64,000 bases of DNA from a virus: IMG/VR virus record IMGVR_UViG_3300006736_000004, positions 15,108-79,107 of that record; one strand, written 5' to 3'. The position numbers were made by a program, and so were the translations under genes. Positions 45,996 to 55,495 of this stretch are shown here, in pieces. Each line of letters starts with the position of its first letter. Within the stretch, counting starts at the first letter, position 1. The notes beneath the pieces are model-generated. The model worked only from the letters and a program-made list of their open reading frames with translations. It searched no databases and had not been told where the DNA came from.

Positions 45996-46571
45996 TTAAG
46001 CGGCGAGTTTCTTAGGGTTAATCCAATCGGGTTTTTCCGTTGTTAGGATTGACCGCATAGGCATAACAACCGTGAATACATCATGGTCATTGTTGTAGCC
46101 CACCCAATGCGGTGAGCTTGCATCATTGCCGGTAATGAGAATGGCTGATTTACCAAGGATTTTGGCGGTTGTTGCGATTCTGGTAAGGATGGCCTCACCG
46201 AAGGCGGCATTTGAAGCGGTGCCGATTTCATCCGGCAATACTCTACGCCAATCGGGAAAAGTACCATCAATGGCTTTGCATGGTTCAATATGCAGAACGG
46301 CGTCATATTCACCATTGACTTGCAACTGGTCATTTTCGATCACTACGTTGGTTGCGGTCTTTTTCTTCATGGCGGTAATGGCTTTTTTAGATACCGGATA
46401 AATGCCTGATTCGTTGTCGGCAGTTGCGTCATATCCGGCGGTGAGCATATGCCCGTCCGTTGCAACTGCTACACTCCCCTCAAAATAAACACCGCAAAGG
46501 TAATAGCGGGTTTCTTCGATTCCTTGAGCAATCGCAACGGCGGCTAGTTTTTGTGCATCAAATGTTATCAC
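45996..46571 (-). CDS. Truncated DNA polymerase III beta-clamp-like protein
   Basis: ETRYYLCGVYFE, AVATDGHML, IDGTFPDWRRVLP, VVMPMR. GTG start at 46571 with RBS AGGAG. Confidence 0.75.
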   Translation of the reverse strand: MITFDAQKLAAVAIAQGIEETRYYLCGVYFEGSVAVATDGHMLTAGYDATADNESGIYPVSKKAITAMKKKTATNVVIENDQLQVNGEYDAVLHIEPCKAIDGTFPDWRRVLPDEIGTASNAAFGEAILTRIATTAKILGKSAILITGNDASSPHWVGYNNDHDVFTVVMPMRSILTTEKPDWINPKKLAA

Positions 46572-46649
46572 GGTTTTTCTCCTATGGTTGGTGGTTGGGG
46601 TAATTTCAAAGCCTTTTGAAGTGTCCACCTGTTAAAGTGGACAAGTTGA

Positions 46650-46880
46650 TTAGGTGAGATTGTCGAGAAATGATTGCGGCACCTCTTTTGCATTGGCACC
46701 GTCAAGCCATTGGTTGATATGTTTGGAAGTGGTAACAGAGTATTTTTGTTCCGTTCGCACGAATCCTGAACCGTCATTCATGCAAGCGGCCACGGGTGTT
46801 TTGTAGGAAAAGAAAACGGTTGTTCCGTTGGATAGCTCTATCTCGTTTTTGTTTGCGCCTAATGGGTTCAATTTTACCAT
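46650..46880 (-). CDS. Early-region protein (FSYKTPVAA...YSVTTSKHINQWL)
   Basis: RBS GGAGGA; enclosed by stem A. Confidence 0.7.
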   Translation of the reverse strand: MVKLNPLGANKNEIELSNGTTVFFSYKTPVAACMNDGSGFVRTEQKYSVTTSKHINQWLDGANAKEVPQSFLDNLT

Positions 46881-46970
46881 GGTTGATTCCTCCGAATATG
46901 GCGAACACATCAAAGGGCTTTGAATGGGACTCCTTAACAGTGCCAAGCCGTTAAGCTTGACACCTTGGTT

Positions 46971-47345
46971 TTAGTAGCCACGGGTTATAATGGTTTCTTT
47001 TTTCGCAATGGCAGAGGCGAAGGCGTTAACCATTTGAGCCTCGCCGCCTCGTTCATGTAATTTTACATAGCATACCCAATTACCAGCGAAAGCATTAGGC
47101 TTGCCGGGTTTCGCCTCGACTTGCTGATAATTAAGGCCAAGGCGGGTTTGTGTATTTTCGCCAGCAATCAGGTCTTTAAGGCGGGATAGAACGGAATCAA
47201 TAAACTCTTGCGAGCCTTCGATTCTGACACCATCCGCGCCATACGTTGAACCAGAATGTTTATATGGGATAACGTCCTGATTGACCGGCTGGTTCTCTTG
47301 TAGGCCCTGCCAATGGTTTAGTGCTTGTGATTTTGACATACGCAT
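46971..47345 (-). CDS. Early-region hypothetical protein
   Basis: RBS AAGGAG; enclosed by stem B. Confidence 0.65.
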   Translation of the reverse strand: MRMSKSQALNHWQGLQENQPVNQDVIPYKHSGSTYGADGVRIEGSQEFIDSVLSRLKDLIAGENTQTRLGLNYQQVEAKPGKPNAFAGNWVCYVKLHERGGEAQMVNAFASAIAKKETIITRGY

Positions 47346-47437
47346 AACATTTTACTCCTTTCACAGATTGACACTGTAAAAGAGTCCCTTGCTACTCATG
47401 CTCTTCAATGTGACAAGCCTAAGCCTGTCACTATGGT

Positions 47438-47620
47438 TTACAGCAATTCGCCCTTGCCGTTAAAATATGGTCCAGATACGTAGGCTTGTACTGCCCAGCC
47501 CCTACCATAAGATATTACACGCCAATTGGGGAATCCTTTGCCGTATTTTGCCCCATGATCTCGTGCGTCGTTGAAATCATGGAAGTAGGCAACGTCTTTA
47601 TATTCCTTGAATTTCGCCAT
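47438..47620 (-). CDS. Early-region hypothetical protein
   Basis: Enclosed by stem C. Confidence 0.6.
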   Translation of the reverse strand: MAKFKEYKDVAYFHDFNDARDHGAKYGKGFPNWRVISYGRGWAVQAYVSGPYFNGKGELL

Positions 47621-47719
47621 AATATTACCCTTTCAATGTTTTAAGGTTGCCACATTGAAAAGCATGAGTTTTCTCATATCCTTAGAAGTGACAAACCGTC
47701 TAAGGTTCGCCACTGTTAG

Positions 47720-48067
47720 TCAAGAAAACCGCTTTGAGATATTATCACGGATACCCTTGTTAATACCTTCGTCGAAGGCTTCCCATAGTTCTTCCGAATT
47801 TTCCGCTTCGTTGAAATCGTGGGCAGTAAACTCGAATGGCGTAAATTGCCTATCGTTTTCTTCCGAATCATACGCCATCAATTCCATTGCCTCAATTTGA
47901 TCTTCTTCCGATTCGATAGTGCCTACGCCAACCCAATCTATATGTTTGGGAAGCTCATAGCCAATTTCAGGTATATCAATCCAAGACGCTATATTGAATC
48001 CACGATTGAAACCCATTTCGGAAGCCTCGTTGACGTCGATGGTTACGAGATTATCTATTGCAAACAT
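47720..48067 (-). CDS. Highly acidic early protein (possible DNA mimic)
   Basis: Very Asp/Glu-rich; enclosed by stem D. Function is inference. Confidence 0.55.
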   Translation of the reverse strand: MFAIDNLVTIDVNEASEMGFNRGFNIASWIDIPEIGYELPKHIDWVGVGTIESEEDQIEAMELMAYDSEENDRQFTPFEFTAHDFNEAENSEELWEAFDEGINKGIRDNISKRFS

Positions 48068-48150
48068 AACATTTCCCCTTTGTTGCAGATTGTCACATCA
48101 AAGGATATGAGTTGAACACTACTCTTTAAACGTGGCGAATCAATTAGGGG

Positions 48151-48333
48151 TTAATCGAAATCCACAACATCGTCATAGGTATCGTAATTGGAATCGGTGA
48201 AGATTTCGGGGCGGTATCCTTTGAGCTTTTCCTTTTCACATTGTTTGCAAACATAGGCCACAAATATACCTCTTGCATCGTGTACGGCATTAGGCCATTC
48301 GCCAGAGCCGCAGGGGCATTCTCGTAAGGTCAT
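48151..48333 (-). CDS. Small zinc-binding early protein
   Basis: CPCGSG and CKQC motifs. Confidence 0.6.
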   Translation of the reverse strand: MTLRECPCGSGEWPNAVHDARGIFVAYVCKQCEKEKLKGYRPEIFTDSNYDTYDDVVDFD

Positions 48334-48539
48334 AGGCCAATCCTCATTACCTTGAATTTATTGTATGTATGGTTACGGTGGATTTGAGCGGTATCTTGTT
48401 TCCCCGTGCCACGGCAAGAATAACAGGTGCCGGATTTACGAGGTTTACCGTTAACAGTACCGCCAAACGAATAAACACCAGTGCCACGGCATTTTACACA
48501 TTCACCGGGCTTGCTGTTAGGTTGTGACATATCATACAT
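48330..48539 (-). CDS. DnaJ-type zinc-finger early protein
   Basis: CVKCRGTG and CYSCRGTG (two CxxCxGxG repeats). Confidence 0.7.
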   Translation of the reverse strand: MYDMSQPNSKPGECVKCRGTGVYSFGGTVNGKPRKSGTCYSCRGTGKQDTAQIHRNHTYNKFKVMRIGL

Positions 48540-49479
48540 GGTAAAGCCTTTCGGATTCGCCACATTAAAAGAGTAGTGCCGGAAACCGCACATAACTAAC
48601 ACGGCGCGATTCCCTGCCCTTGGCCGCCGTAGTGGCCGCCCGTAAATGCAGTTCCTAATTCAATAGATCAAAACCGCCACATAAAACGCAGTGGCGTCTC
48701 CCAGCAAAGGCGCGAAAATGAGCCAAGGGGTAGCACTCTAATTCGGGGGGAAATGATATTCCTCATCGAACGTACATGATGGCAGCTAAGGCCAAAATTC
48801 CGCGACGAATCGCGAACAAGATGATTATGCACAGATAATCAACAGAATGTATATAGCTAATATCAAGATATACCCTTTATTTTCCCGCATTCCCAATGTC
48901 ACGGCTTATATGGCGTGTAGCTCTCCAGAAACCCGAAATGCTCACCAGTAGCCAACTAGCCCTATAAATGATCTACCATATCAAATCGCCAGACTCACGC
49001 TCTGGTAAGCCATTTTGAGCCGTACAGGCCTGTCAATAAAATAATGCAAGCCATGACAAATAAATATCAGATAACCATTGACTCACCCCTATGGAATGTT
49101 GCAGGAGCATATTAGAGAATCCTAATGGAAACATTTGATAGCAAAGAGCAAGCAATAGCAGAATACGCTCGTATAGTAGAAGCAATGGCTGCTGGTATCG
49201 TCCCCACATGGTACTTGGAAGAAAGGTATATCGAATGTGTCCTATACCTTGGAATCCATTCTCCACAAACTCCAGTAGTCAGACACTAGAAATGCGCGGC
49301 ACCCCACAATGCAGCAGCATAGCAGAAGCCTTCAATCGCATAAGGGAATCCAATAGGGTAGAAGTGTTCGATGGGGTAGCTGCTAAGTACATAACACAAG
49401 TTTATGAGGGGGCCGAAAGGCTACATAGTGAAATAGGCAAGGTAACAGTGAATCCTAATGGATATAGTAAGGAATAGGT

Positions 49480-49944
49480 ATGTCTCTCAATGCTAAGAGA
49501 AGAGCATTTGTTAGAGAATATGGAGTGGATAAGAACGCTACTCAATCGGCCATAAGAGCAGGTTATTCTAAACAGACAGCGTATGCTCAAGGTAGTCGGT
49601 TGTTAAAGGATGTAGAGGTAATAGAGGCTTTACAGCGTAACGAGGCCGAGCATATCAAGCGTTGTGCCTATGATCGGGATCGTATTAATAATCAATATCA
49701 GTCGGCTTTTGACCTAGCCCAAATGAAAGAGAATTGCGGAGTGATGGTGCAAGCCACCACTGGCCTTGCCAAAGTGAACGGCCATATGAACGAGGGGGCC
49801 ACTGTTAACGTCAATGTCGGTTTGGGTGGATTGCTAAAAGACCTTGAGGATAGACGCATAAAAGACATAACCCCAACACCCCTTAAATTGGACGCTCAGG
49901 ACGTATTGTTACCCATTAAGGATGCAACCGTCCAGAAAACATGA
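49480..49944 (+). CDS. terS: Terminase small subunit
   Basis: KRRAFVREYGVDKNATQSAIRAGYSKQTAYAQGSRLLK (Terminase_2 pattern). Confidence 0.9.
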   Translation: MSLNAKRRAFVREYGVDKNATQSAIRAGYSKQTAYAQGSRLLKDVEVIEALQRNEAEHIKRCAYDRDRINNQYQSAFDLAQMKENCGVMVQATTGLAKVNGHMNEGATVNVNVGLGGLLKDLEDRRIKDITPTPLKLDAQDVLLPIKDATVQKT

Positions 49945-50016
49945 GTTGGCGATTGTAGACCCCCTCAGGGAGCGTACAGAGCATATCCATGTTATGTTCT
50001 ATGTACCATATACCAT

Positions 50017-50252
50017 GTTCTCATTATGATCACGTTTTGTTCCATGTTGCGTTGCCGTTTTGTTCACGCTTTGTTCCATGTTGCCAGTGCGTTCACGTTT
50101 TGTTCCCGGCTCGTTCACGTTTTGTGCCTGGGGCATAAGGACAAAGTGCGAACATAACATGAACGTATAGGCAACAGAACGTAAGGGGTACAGACGTTCC
50201 GTGAACAAAGGGTGAACAAAAAGGGCGTTCACGCTATATTCACGTTTTGTTC
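50017..50252. promoter_or_regulatory. Array of alphaproteobacterial LexA boxes (GTTC-N7-GTTC / GAAC-N7-GAAC)
   Basis: Perfect boxes at 50062, 50091, 50102 (+) and 50150, 50203 (-), plus many one-mismatch half-sites in 11-bp register. Confidence 0.75.
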
Positions 50253-50357
50253 CGGTGAGATATGGTCGAGCAAAAACGGGATGCTGTTAAGCGGTGATGG
50301 TACCATACTCATACTGAGCCAGAATCCTTAAAAAAATGGCGATATTTTCAAAATGTG

Positions 50358-50386
50358 TTTACAGATCGACAAAACGTGATTATATT
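50358..50386 (+). promoter_or_regulatory. Sigma70-like promoter upstream of the packaging/head operon
   Basis: TTTACA-N17-TATATT in an AT-rich stretch. Confidence 0.5.
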
Positions 50387-50752
50387 CTAAAAATTGTTGA
50401 AAATTTTTTTGAGGCGTAGTAAGGGTTTGGTTAACATGCTCCACAGGTGGGAGACAGGGTTATGAACGGGACTAACATTGGTGATGTAGTACGGGTATTT
50501 TCGTTCTTTCCTTGTAGGATGGAGATTGGAGAGGTTAGTTTAGAGTTATATGCGGATGGTACGTTCAAGGGGGATGTTAAGGAGTTAGAGGCTGAGTTGG
50601 GGCGTGTGGAGGGGATTGGGTATCCTGATGGTTTAGGGGCCATTCTTTGGCTAGTCTTGAGGGAGATGAAGAGAGATAACGTCTGAACAGGCGTTGCCGG
50701 GAGAGGTCGTGACGGTCCTTATTAGGGCTGTGAGCCACCCGGCGTAATTTAC

Positions 50753-50874
50753 GGGTCAGCAACGCAGGTAACTGTGTAGCTCTTGAATACTCATCATGGC
50801 CGGGTATGCGCCGGGTAGGGCTTGTCGCGACAGGCAATAGCAATGGGTAGTGGGGGTAGCGTCCCACCTGACCC
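50753..50874 (+). ncRNA. Candidate tRNA-like structured RNA
   Basis: 7-bp closing stem GGGTCAG/CTGACCC stacked on a GTGGG/CCCAC arm, plus three internal hairpins; no canonical T-loop. Confidence 0.35.
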
Positions 50875-50927
50875 TCCCCATATGTAAGATCGTTTTGGCT
50901 GTAACCTGTACCCAGTAAGGATATTTC

Positions 50928-51152
50928 GTGACAAACGAGGGCATTAGACTTTTGGTCGCTGAGATTACGGATTCTTACTCCCGTGTAGACGCTATTCTTA
51001 AGCAATATGAGTTAACTCCACAAGATCACTCTATTGCTATGGGGATGGTATTTGAGGAGTGGGGATTGGATGAAGGAGCGTTTGACTCCGCCACTGAGCA
51101 GATACGGGAGCAATTCCCGTGGACAATGCAGAATGTAAAGGGAAACGGATGA
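50928..51152 (+). CDS. Hypothetical protein
   Basis: GTG start with RBS AAGGA. Confidence 0.45.
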   Translation: MTNEGIRLLVAEITDSYSRVDAILKQYELTPQDHSIAMGMVFEEWGLDEGAFDSATEQIREQFPWTMQNVKGNG

Positions 51153-51480
51153 AGAAGCCAAAGAGAACTAGAATTTTAAGCGCGAGGGAACGACTTCCCG
51201 GCTTTAAGTTTCAAGAAGCCGTAAACAAGGCTGAGAGGGCTATTATTGGTTCTGGCCGTTTGTCAAGAGGAGTTACGTCCTCACAGGATTTGAAGCGTTT
51301 GTCAAAACAGGAGCCCAAGAGCAAGACGAAGAAGGCTATAGCACCATGGCGACGCCGGAGAGATGCAGAAGGTCATGCTCTTTATGGCCGGGGAAGGATT
51401 AGGAAGGATTACAGTGGCATTGGGCGGTTGAAAGGCTATTAAAGGATTTTGAAGAAGAGGAAGGCTATTAGAGGATACTA

Positions 51481-52920
51481 GTGGCTCAAGCACTGAGTAA
51501 GGCCGACACTGAGCGCGACAAACAGATAGCGAAGTTAGCGTCATGGTTCACAGACCCTGTATTATTTGTAAGAGAATGCTTCAACACAGAGCCAGAGAAG
51601 TGGCAAGCGGAAGCACTTCAGGCGGTGGTAGACAACAATCGTGTGGCGATACGCTCTGGGCATGGAGTTGGCAAGACAGCGTTTCTTTCGTGGTTGATAC
51701 TATGGTGGATGCTGACTCGCAGACCAGTGAAAATTGGCTGTACGGCGAACTCGAAAGATCAATTAAGGGACGTTCTTTGGGCTGAAGTCCATCTGTGGCA
51801 TAACAGACTACCTGATTTTCTGAAGGAAGCACTTGAGATACAGACTGACAGGGTTATCTTCGCTGAAGATGCTTCTAAAGACCAAGTGGAGAATTTTGCG
51901 CGAGCGAGGACTGCTAGGAAGGAGAACCCTGAAGCTCTCCAAGGATTACACTCCAAGTATATGCTATTCATTATCGACGAAGCGTCGGGCGTCGAAGAGG
52001 AGGTCTTTGAAGCAGCCAGAGGAGTAATGTCTTCTCACGGTGCTAAAACGGTAATGACCGGAAACCCTACTAGAGCAAGTGGGTATTTCTTTGGTGCATT
52101 TCACAAACACAGGGCGTTATGGTGGACCCGCAGGGTTTCCTGTAAAGAGGTTCCCAACTTAGTATCTGACTCCTTTCGTCAGGAATTAATTGACGAGTGG
52201 GGCGAGGACTCTAACGTGTTTCGCTATCGGTATTTGGGTGACTTCCCAATTTCCGATGAGAATGTGGTTATTCCGTTAAATTTATTAGAGGCGGCACAGG
52301 ACCGTAAAGTTGAAATCTCCTACACAGGGATTAAGTGGGGAGTTGATGTGGCGCGGTTTGGTGCTGACAGGACTTGTTTGGTGCGGAGATCATATAATGC
52401 CATCTTACAACCAGCGCAAACGTGGCGAAATAAGGATATCATGCAAGTCGCCGGATTGGTGGCTCAGGCTTACGAAGAGGAAGCCCTGGAGTGCCGTCCT
52501 GAAATTATCATGGTGGATGTGATTGGTTACGGTGCTGGTGTTGTGGATAGACTCACAGAGCTTGGTCTTCCGGTTTGCGGAGTGAATGTAGCTGAGAGTG
52601 CTGCTGTTAAGGCCAAGTATATGCGCTTGAGGGATGAATTGTGGTTTGAAGCAAGGCACTGGTTTGAAGAGAAGCACTGTCGCATCCCTAGAGATGAGAT
52701 GATGGTGGCTGAGTTAAGCGGGGTTGTTTACGACATTACCTCTACTGGCAAATTAAAGGTTGAATCCAAGCCTGAGATGAAGAAGCGTGGCTTACGAAGT
52801 CCTGATATTGCAGATGCTGTGTGTCTTACTTTCGCTAAAGGTTTTTCTCCTGAGAATGATCCTGAGGAAGATGACGATTACGATAATCAAGAGGGCCGCA
52901 ATGAAACGACAGGATACTAG
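51481..52920 (+). CDS. terL: Terminase large subunit
   Basis: Walker A RSGHGVGKT, Walker B IIDEASG, MTGNPTR, nuclease motifs GVDVARFGAD and SPDIADA. Confidence 0.95.
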   Translation: MAQALSKADTERDKQIAKLASWFTDPVLFVRECFNTEPEKWQAEALQAVVDNNRVAIRSGHGVGKTAFLSWLILWWMLTRRPVKIGCTANSKDQLRDVLWAEVHLWHNRLPDFLKEALEIQTDRVIFAEDASKDQVENFARARTARKENPEALQGLHSKYMLFIIDEASGVEEEVFEAARGVMSSHGAKTVMTGNPTRASGYFFGAFHKHRALWWTRRVSCKEVPNLVSDSFRQELIDEWGEDSNVFRYRYLGDFPISDENVVIPLNLLEAAQDRKVEISYTGIKWGVDVARFGADRTCLVRRSYNAILQPAQTWRNKDIMQVAGLVAQAYEEEALECRPEIIMVDVIGYGAGVVDRLTELGLPVCGVNVAESAAVKAKYMRLRDELWFEARHWFEEKHCRIPRDEMMVAELSGVVYDITSTGKLKVESKPEMKKRGLRSPDIADAVCLTFAKGFSPENDPEEDDDYDNQEGRNETTGY

Positions 52921-55068
52921 ATGCTTATAGATGATGAACTGCTAATCAAATATGCGCGGTCCCCTAATATCGCATCAGATTTAGACAAAGAGGTTCTGTC
53001 TAAGATAGGGCAGAAGATACATCAAGGCTACGAGATTGATGTAGACTCACGCTCTGAGTGGACACAGAAGATGGGCAAGGCCATGAAGATGGCTTTACAG
53101 ACTTCTGAGCCTAAGAGTACACCGTGGCCCAACGCATCTAACATCAAGTACCCTCTAATGACCACTGCTGCGATCCAGTTCGCTGCTAGGGCTTACGCTG
53201 CTATGGTGCCTGGTTCTGACGTTGTTAAGGGTAAAATAGTTGGTTCTGACCGTCAGCCTTCTCAGCAAGGTGCGATGGACACCAAGAGAGACAGGGCGCA
53301 TCGTATCGGTAAGCACATGAGTTGGCAGCTTATCGAAGAGATGGAAGAGTGGGAAGAGGAGACCGATAGGCTACTTCATATCGTGCCTGTCACCGGGCTT
53401 GCCTACAGAAAGACGTATTATGACCCCATGAAGGGGAGAAATGTCTCTGTTTTGGTTATGCCCGACAAACTCGTAGTCAATAACAAGGCTAAGAGCTTGG
53501 AAACTACCCCTCGTATTACGGAGGAATTTTCCCTCTATCCCTATGAAATCACTGAGAGAATGCGATCCAACGTCTTCCTTGAGATGGACTTAGGCCCGTC
53601 CAACGATGAGGATGGTTTTGATGAAGATGCTCCTCATGTCTTTCTTGAGCAGCACTGCTGGTATGATTTGGATGAAGATGACTATCCTGAGCCTTATATT
53701 GTCACGATTCACCGTGATTTAATGAAAGTTGTGCGTATTGTCGCTCGATTTGAGGAAGAAGGCATTGAAATCAACAAAAAAGGCCAGATTGCCAAAATTG
53801 AGCCTGTTCATTATTACACAAAATATCCATTTATTCCATCTCCTGATGGCTCTTGGCATGATATTGGTTTCGGCATCCTGTTGGCACCTATTAACGACTC
53901 AGTAAACACTTCTCTCAACCAGATGATGGACGCTGGCACTCTTCAGAACACTGGGGGTGGCTTTATCGGGTCTGGATTGCGAGTTAAGGGTGGAGTGATA
54001 AAAAAGAGGGTTGGAGAGTGGAAAGTTCTTGATTCAACTGGTGAAGGAATTGCAAAGAACATCGTACCACTAAACCACCCCGGCCCTTCTGTTGTACTCT
54101 TTCAACTGCTAGGTATGTTAGTTGACGCTGGCAGAGAGATTGCGTCGATTAAAGACGTTCTGATGGGCGAAACCAAGTCAAATGTACCGGCGACAACTAC
54201 GCTTGCGATGATCGAACAGGGGATGAAGACCTTCACGGCGATTTACAAGAGACTTCACCGTGCCATGAAGAAGGAGCTAAAGAAACTCTACCGCCTGAAC
54301 TCCATATATCTTCCTCAAGAAGCCTACTTCAATGTTTTGGACGAGGAGAGGGCGATAAGCAAGGAAGACTACTCTATGGATGACATGGATGTGGTTCCTG
54401 TATCTGATCCTACTGTAGTGACTGATATGCAGAAGATGGCACGGGCGCAGTTCCTGATGGACTTCTTGGGCGACCCAATGTTTAACGGTATGGAGATTAG
54501 ACGCCGCCTTCTTGACGCTGCTTCGATTGAAGACCCCGGCAATTTGATCGTAGAAGAGCAGCCTCCTGACCCACAGGCTATGTTGGAGAACGCTAAATTT
54601 GAGCTAGAGAAGGCCAAACTTCAATTGGAGGGCCAAGAGACACAAGCCAAAATCGAAAAGATGGCGGCTGAGGTGCAGAAGATTCAACTGGAGACTGAGA
54701 AATTGGTTTCTGAGTTGCAGAACCCTGAAGAGGGTAACAGCGATTTAATCAGTGAAATCAATCGTTTACAGGCAGAGGGTGAGCGACTGAAGCAGCTTTC
54801 AGAGCAGAAAGACGTAGATGGACTGAAGTTGGAGAATGAGCGGCAACTTACTCACGCTAAACTTCAGCTAGAAGAGAAGATTGCGGCCCGTGAGGCTGAA
54901 CGCAAGGATAGGGAGCTTGAGATCAGGGCAGCGTTTGAGAGGGATAAGCTCAAGCAAGAGGCTGAGATTGCAGACGCCAAACTGAACCAGAAAACCCTTT
55001 CTGAGACTGCTCAACGCAAATCTCAAGAGGCTATTTCCAAGGTCCAGGCAAAGAGGGCGTCAAAATAG
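52921..55068 (+). CDS. Portal protein with a C-terminal coiled-coil barrel (P22-like)
   Basis: Follows terL; PWPNASNIKYP, KTYYDP, LEQHCWYDLD, NQMMDAGTL, PATTTLAMIEQG. Confidence 0.9.
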   Translation: MLIDDELLIKYARSPNIASDLDKEVLSKIGQKIHQGYEIDVDSRSEWTQKMGKAMKMALQTSEPKSTPWPNASNIKYPLMTTAAIQFAARAYAAMVPGSDVVKGKIVGSDRQPSQQGAMDTKRDRAHRIGKHMSWQLIEEMEEWEEETDRLLHIVPVTGLAYRKTYYDPMKGRNVSVLVMPDKLVVNNKAKSLETTPRITEEFSLYPYEITERMRSNVFLEMDLGPSNDEDGFDEDAPHVFLEQHCWYDLDEDDYPEPYIVTIHRDLMKVVRIVARFEEEGIEINKKGQIAKIEPVHYYTKYPFIPSPDGSWHDIGFGILLAPINDSVNTSLNQMMDAGTLQNTGGGFIGSGLRVKGGVIKKRVGEWKVLDSTGEGIAKNIVPLNHPGPSVVLFQLLGMLVDAGREIASIKDVLMGETKSNVPATTTLAMIEQGMKTFTAIYKRLHRAMKKELKKLYRLNSIYLPQEAYFNVLDEERAISKEDYSMDDMDVVPVSDPTVVTDMQKMARAQFLMDFLGDPMFNGMEIRRRLLDAASIEDPGNLIVEEQPPDPQAMLENAKFELEKAKLQLEGQETQAKIEKMAAEVQKIQLETEKLVSELQNPEEGNSDLISEINRLQAEGERLKQLSEQKDVDGLKLENERQLTHAKLQLEEKIAAREAERKDRELEIRAAFERDKLKQEAEIADAKLNQKTLSETAQRKSQEAISKVQAKRASK

Positions 55069-55219
55069 GTTACTCCCAGGGGGGAACCGTGGGGGTGCAG
55101 TAGTAGATGGTAGGGAGTTGTGCGATATTTATGAAGGCGGGTCATAAATGTGTAGAGATTACCCCACTTCGGATAACGCATTACACTGGAGTTGTGTTTA
55201 GGATTTTAGTCGATAGCTA

Positions 55220-55495
55220 ATGTTAGAGGACCAAATGAATCCGTGGAAGACTGAGGACGATTTCGTTGCGTGGCAACGGCATCCAATGACGGCCCCTTTT
55301 TTACAGTATGTAGGGGAATATTTAGACCACATGAAGGCTTCTTGGGCTTCGGGGATGGTCTTATCTGAGGCTGACCAAGGCCGCGCTCAAACCCTTGGCG
55401 ATTTAATCGACCTCCAATGGGAGCGAGATATTTTGCCATTTTATGAGGAAGAAGACGATGAAGGTAGTGAACAAAACGGGGATACTTCCGGTTGA
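55220..55495 (+). CDS. Hypothetical head-region protein
   Basis: WQRHPMT motif; synteny. Confidence 0.5.
   Translation: MLEDQMNPWKTEDDFVAWQRHPMTAPFLQYVGEYLDHMKASWASGMVLSEADQGRAQTLGDLIDLQWERDILPFYEEEDDEGSEQNGDTSG

Larger units (their letters stand above)
46606..48578 (-). repeat. Five back-to-back long-range inverted-repeat pairs, each enclosing one cistron
   Basis: Pairs 46606-26/46903-23, 46926-48/47366-88, 47394-420/47644-69, 47673-97/48087-111, 48117-41/48554-78. Confidence 0.9.

Noticed and set aside
43547-45998. Integron attC cassette array
   Set aside because: Some palindromes start with TAAC and end near GTT, but the core-site consensus is inconsistent and no integron integrase is present.
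50753-50874. Canonical tRNA gene
   Set aside because: No TTC T-loop, no clear anticodon arm and too long; kept only as a tRNA-like candidate.
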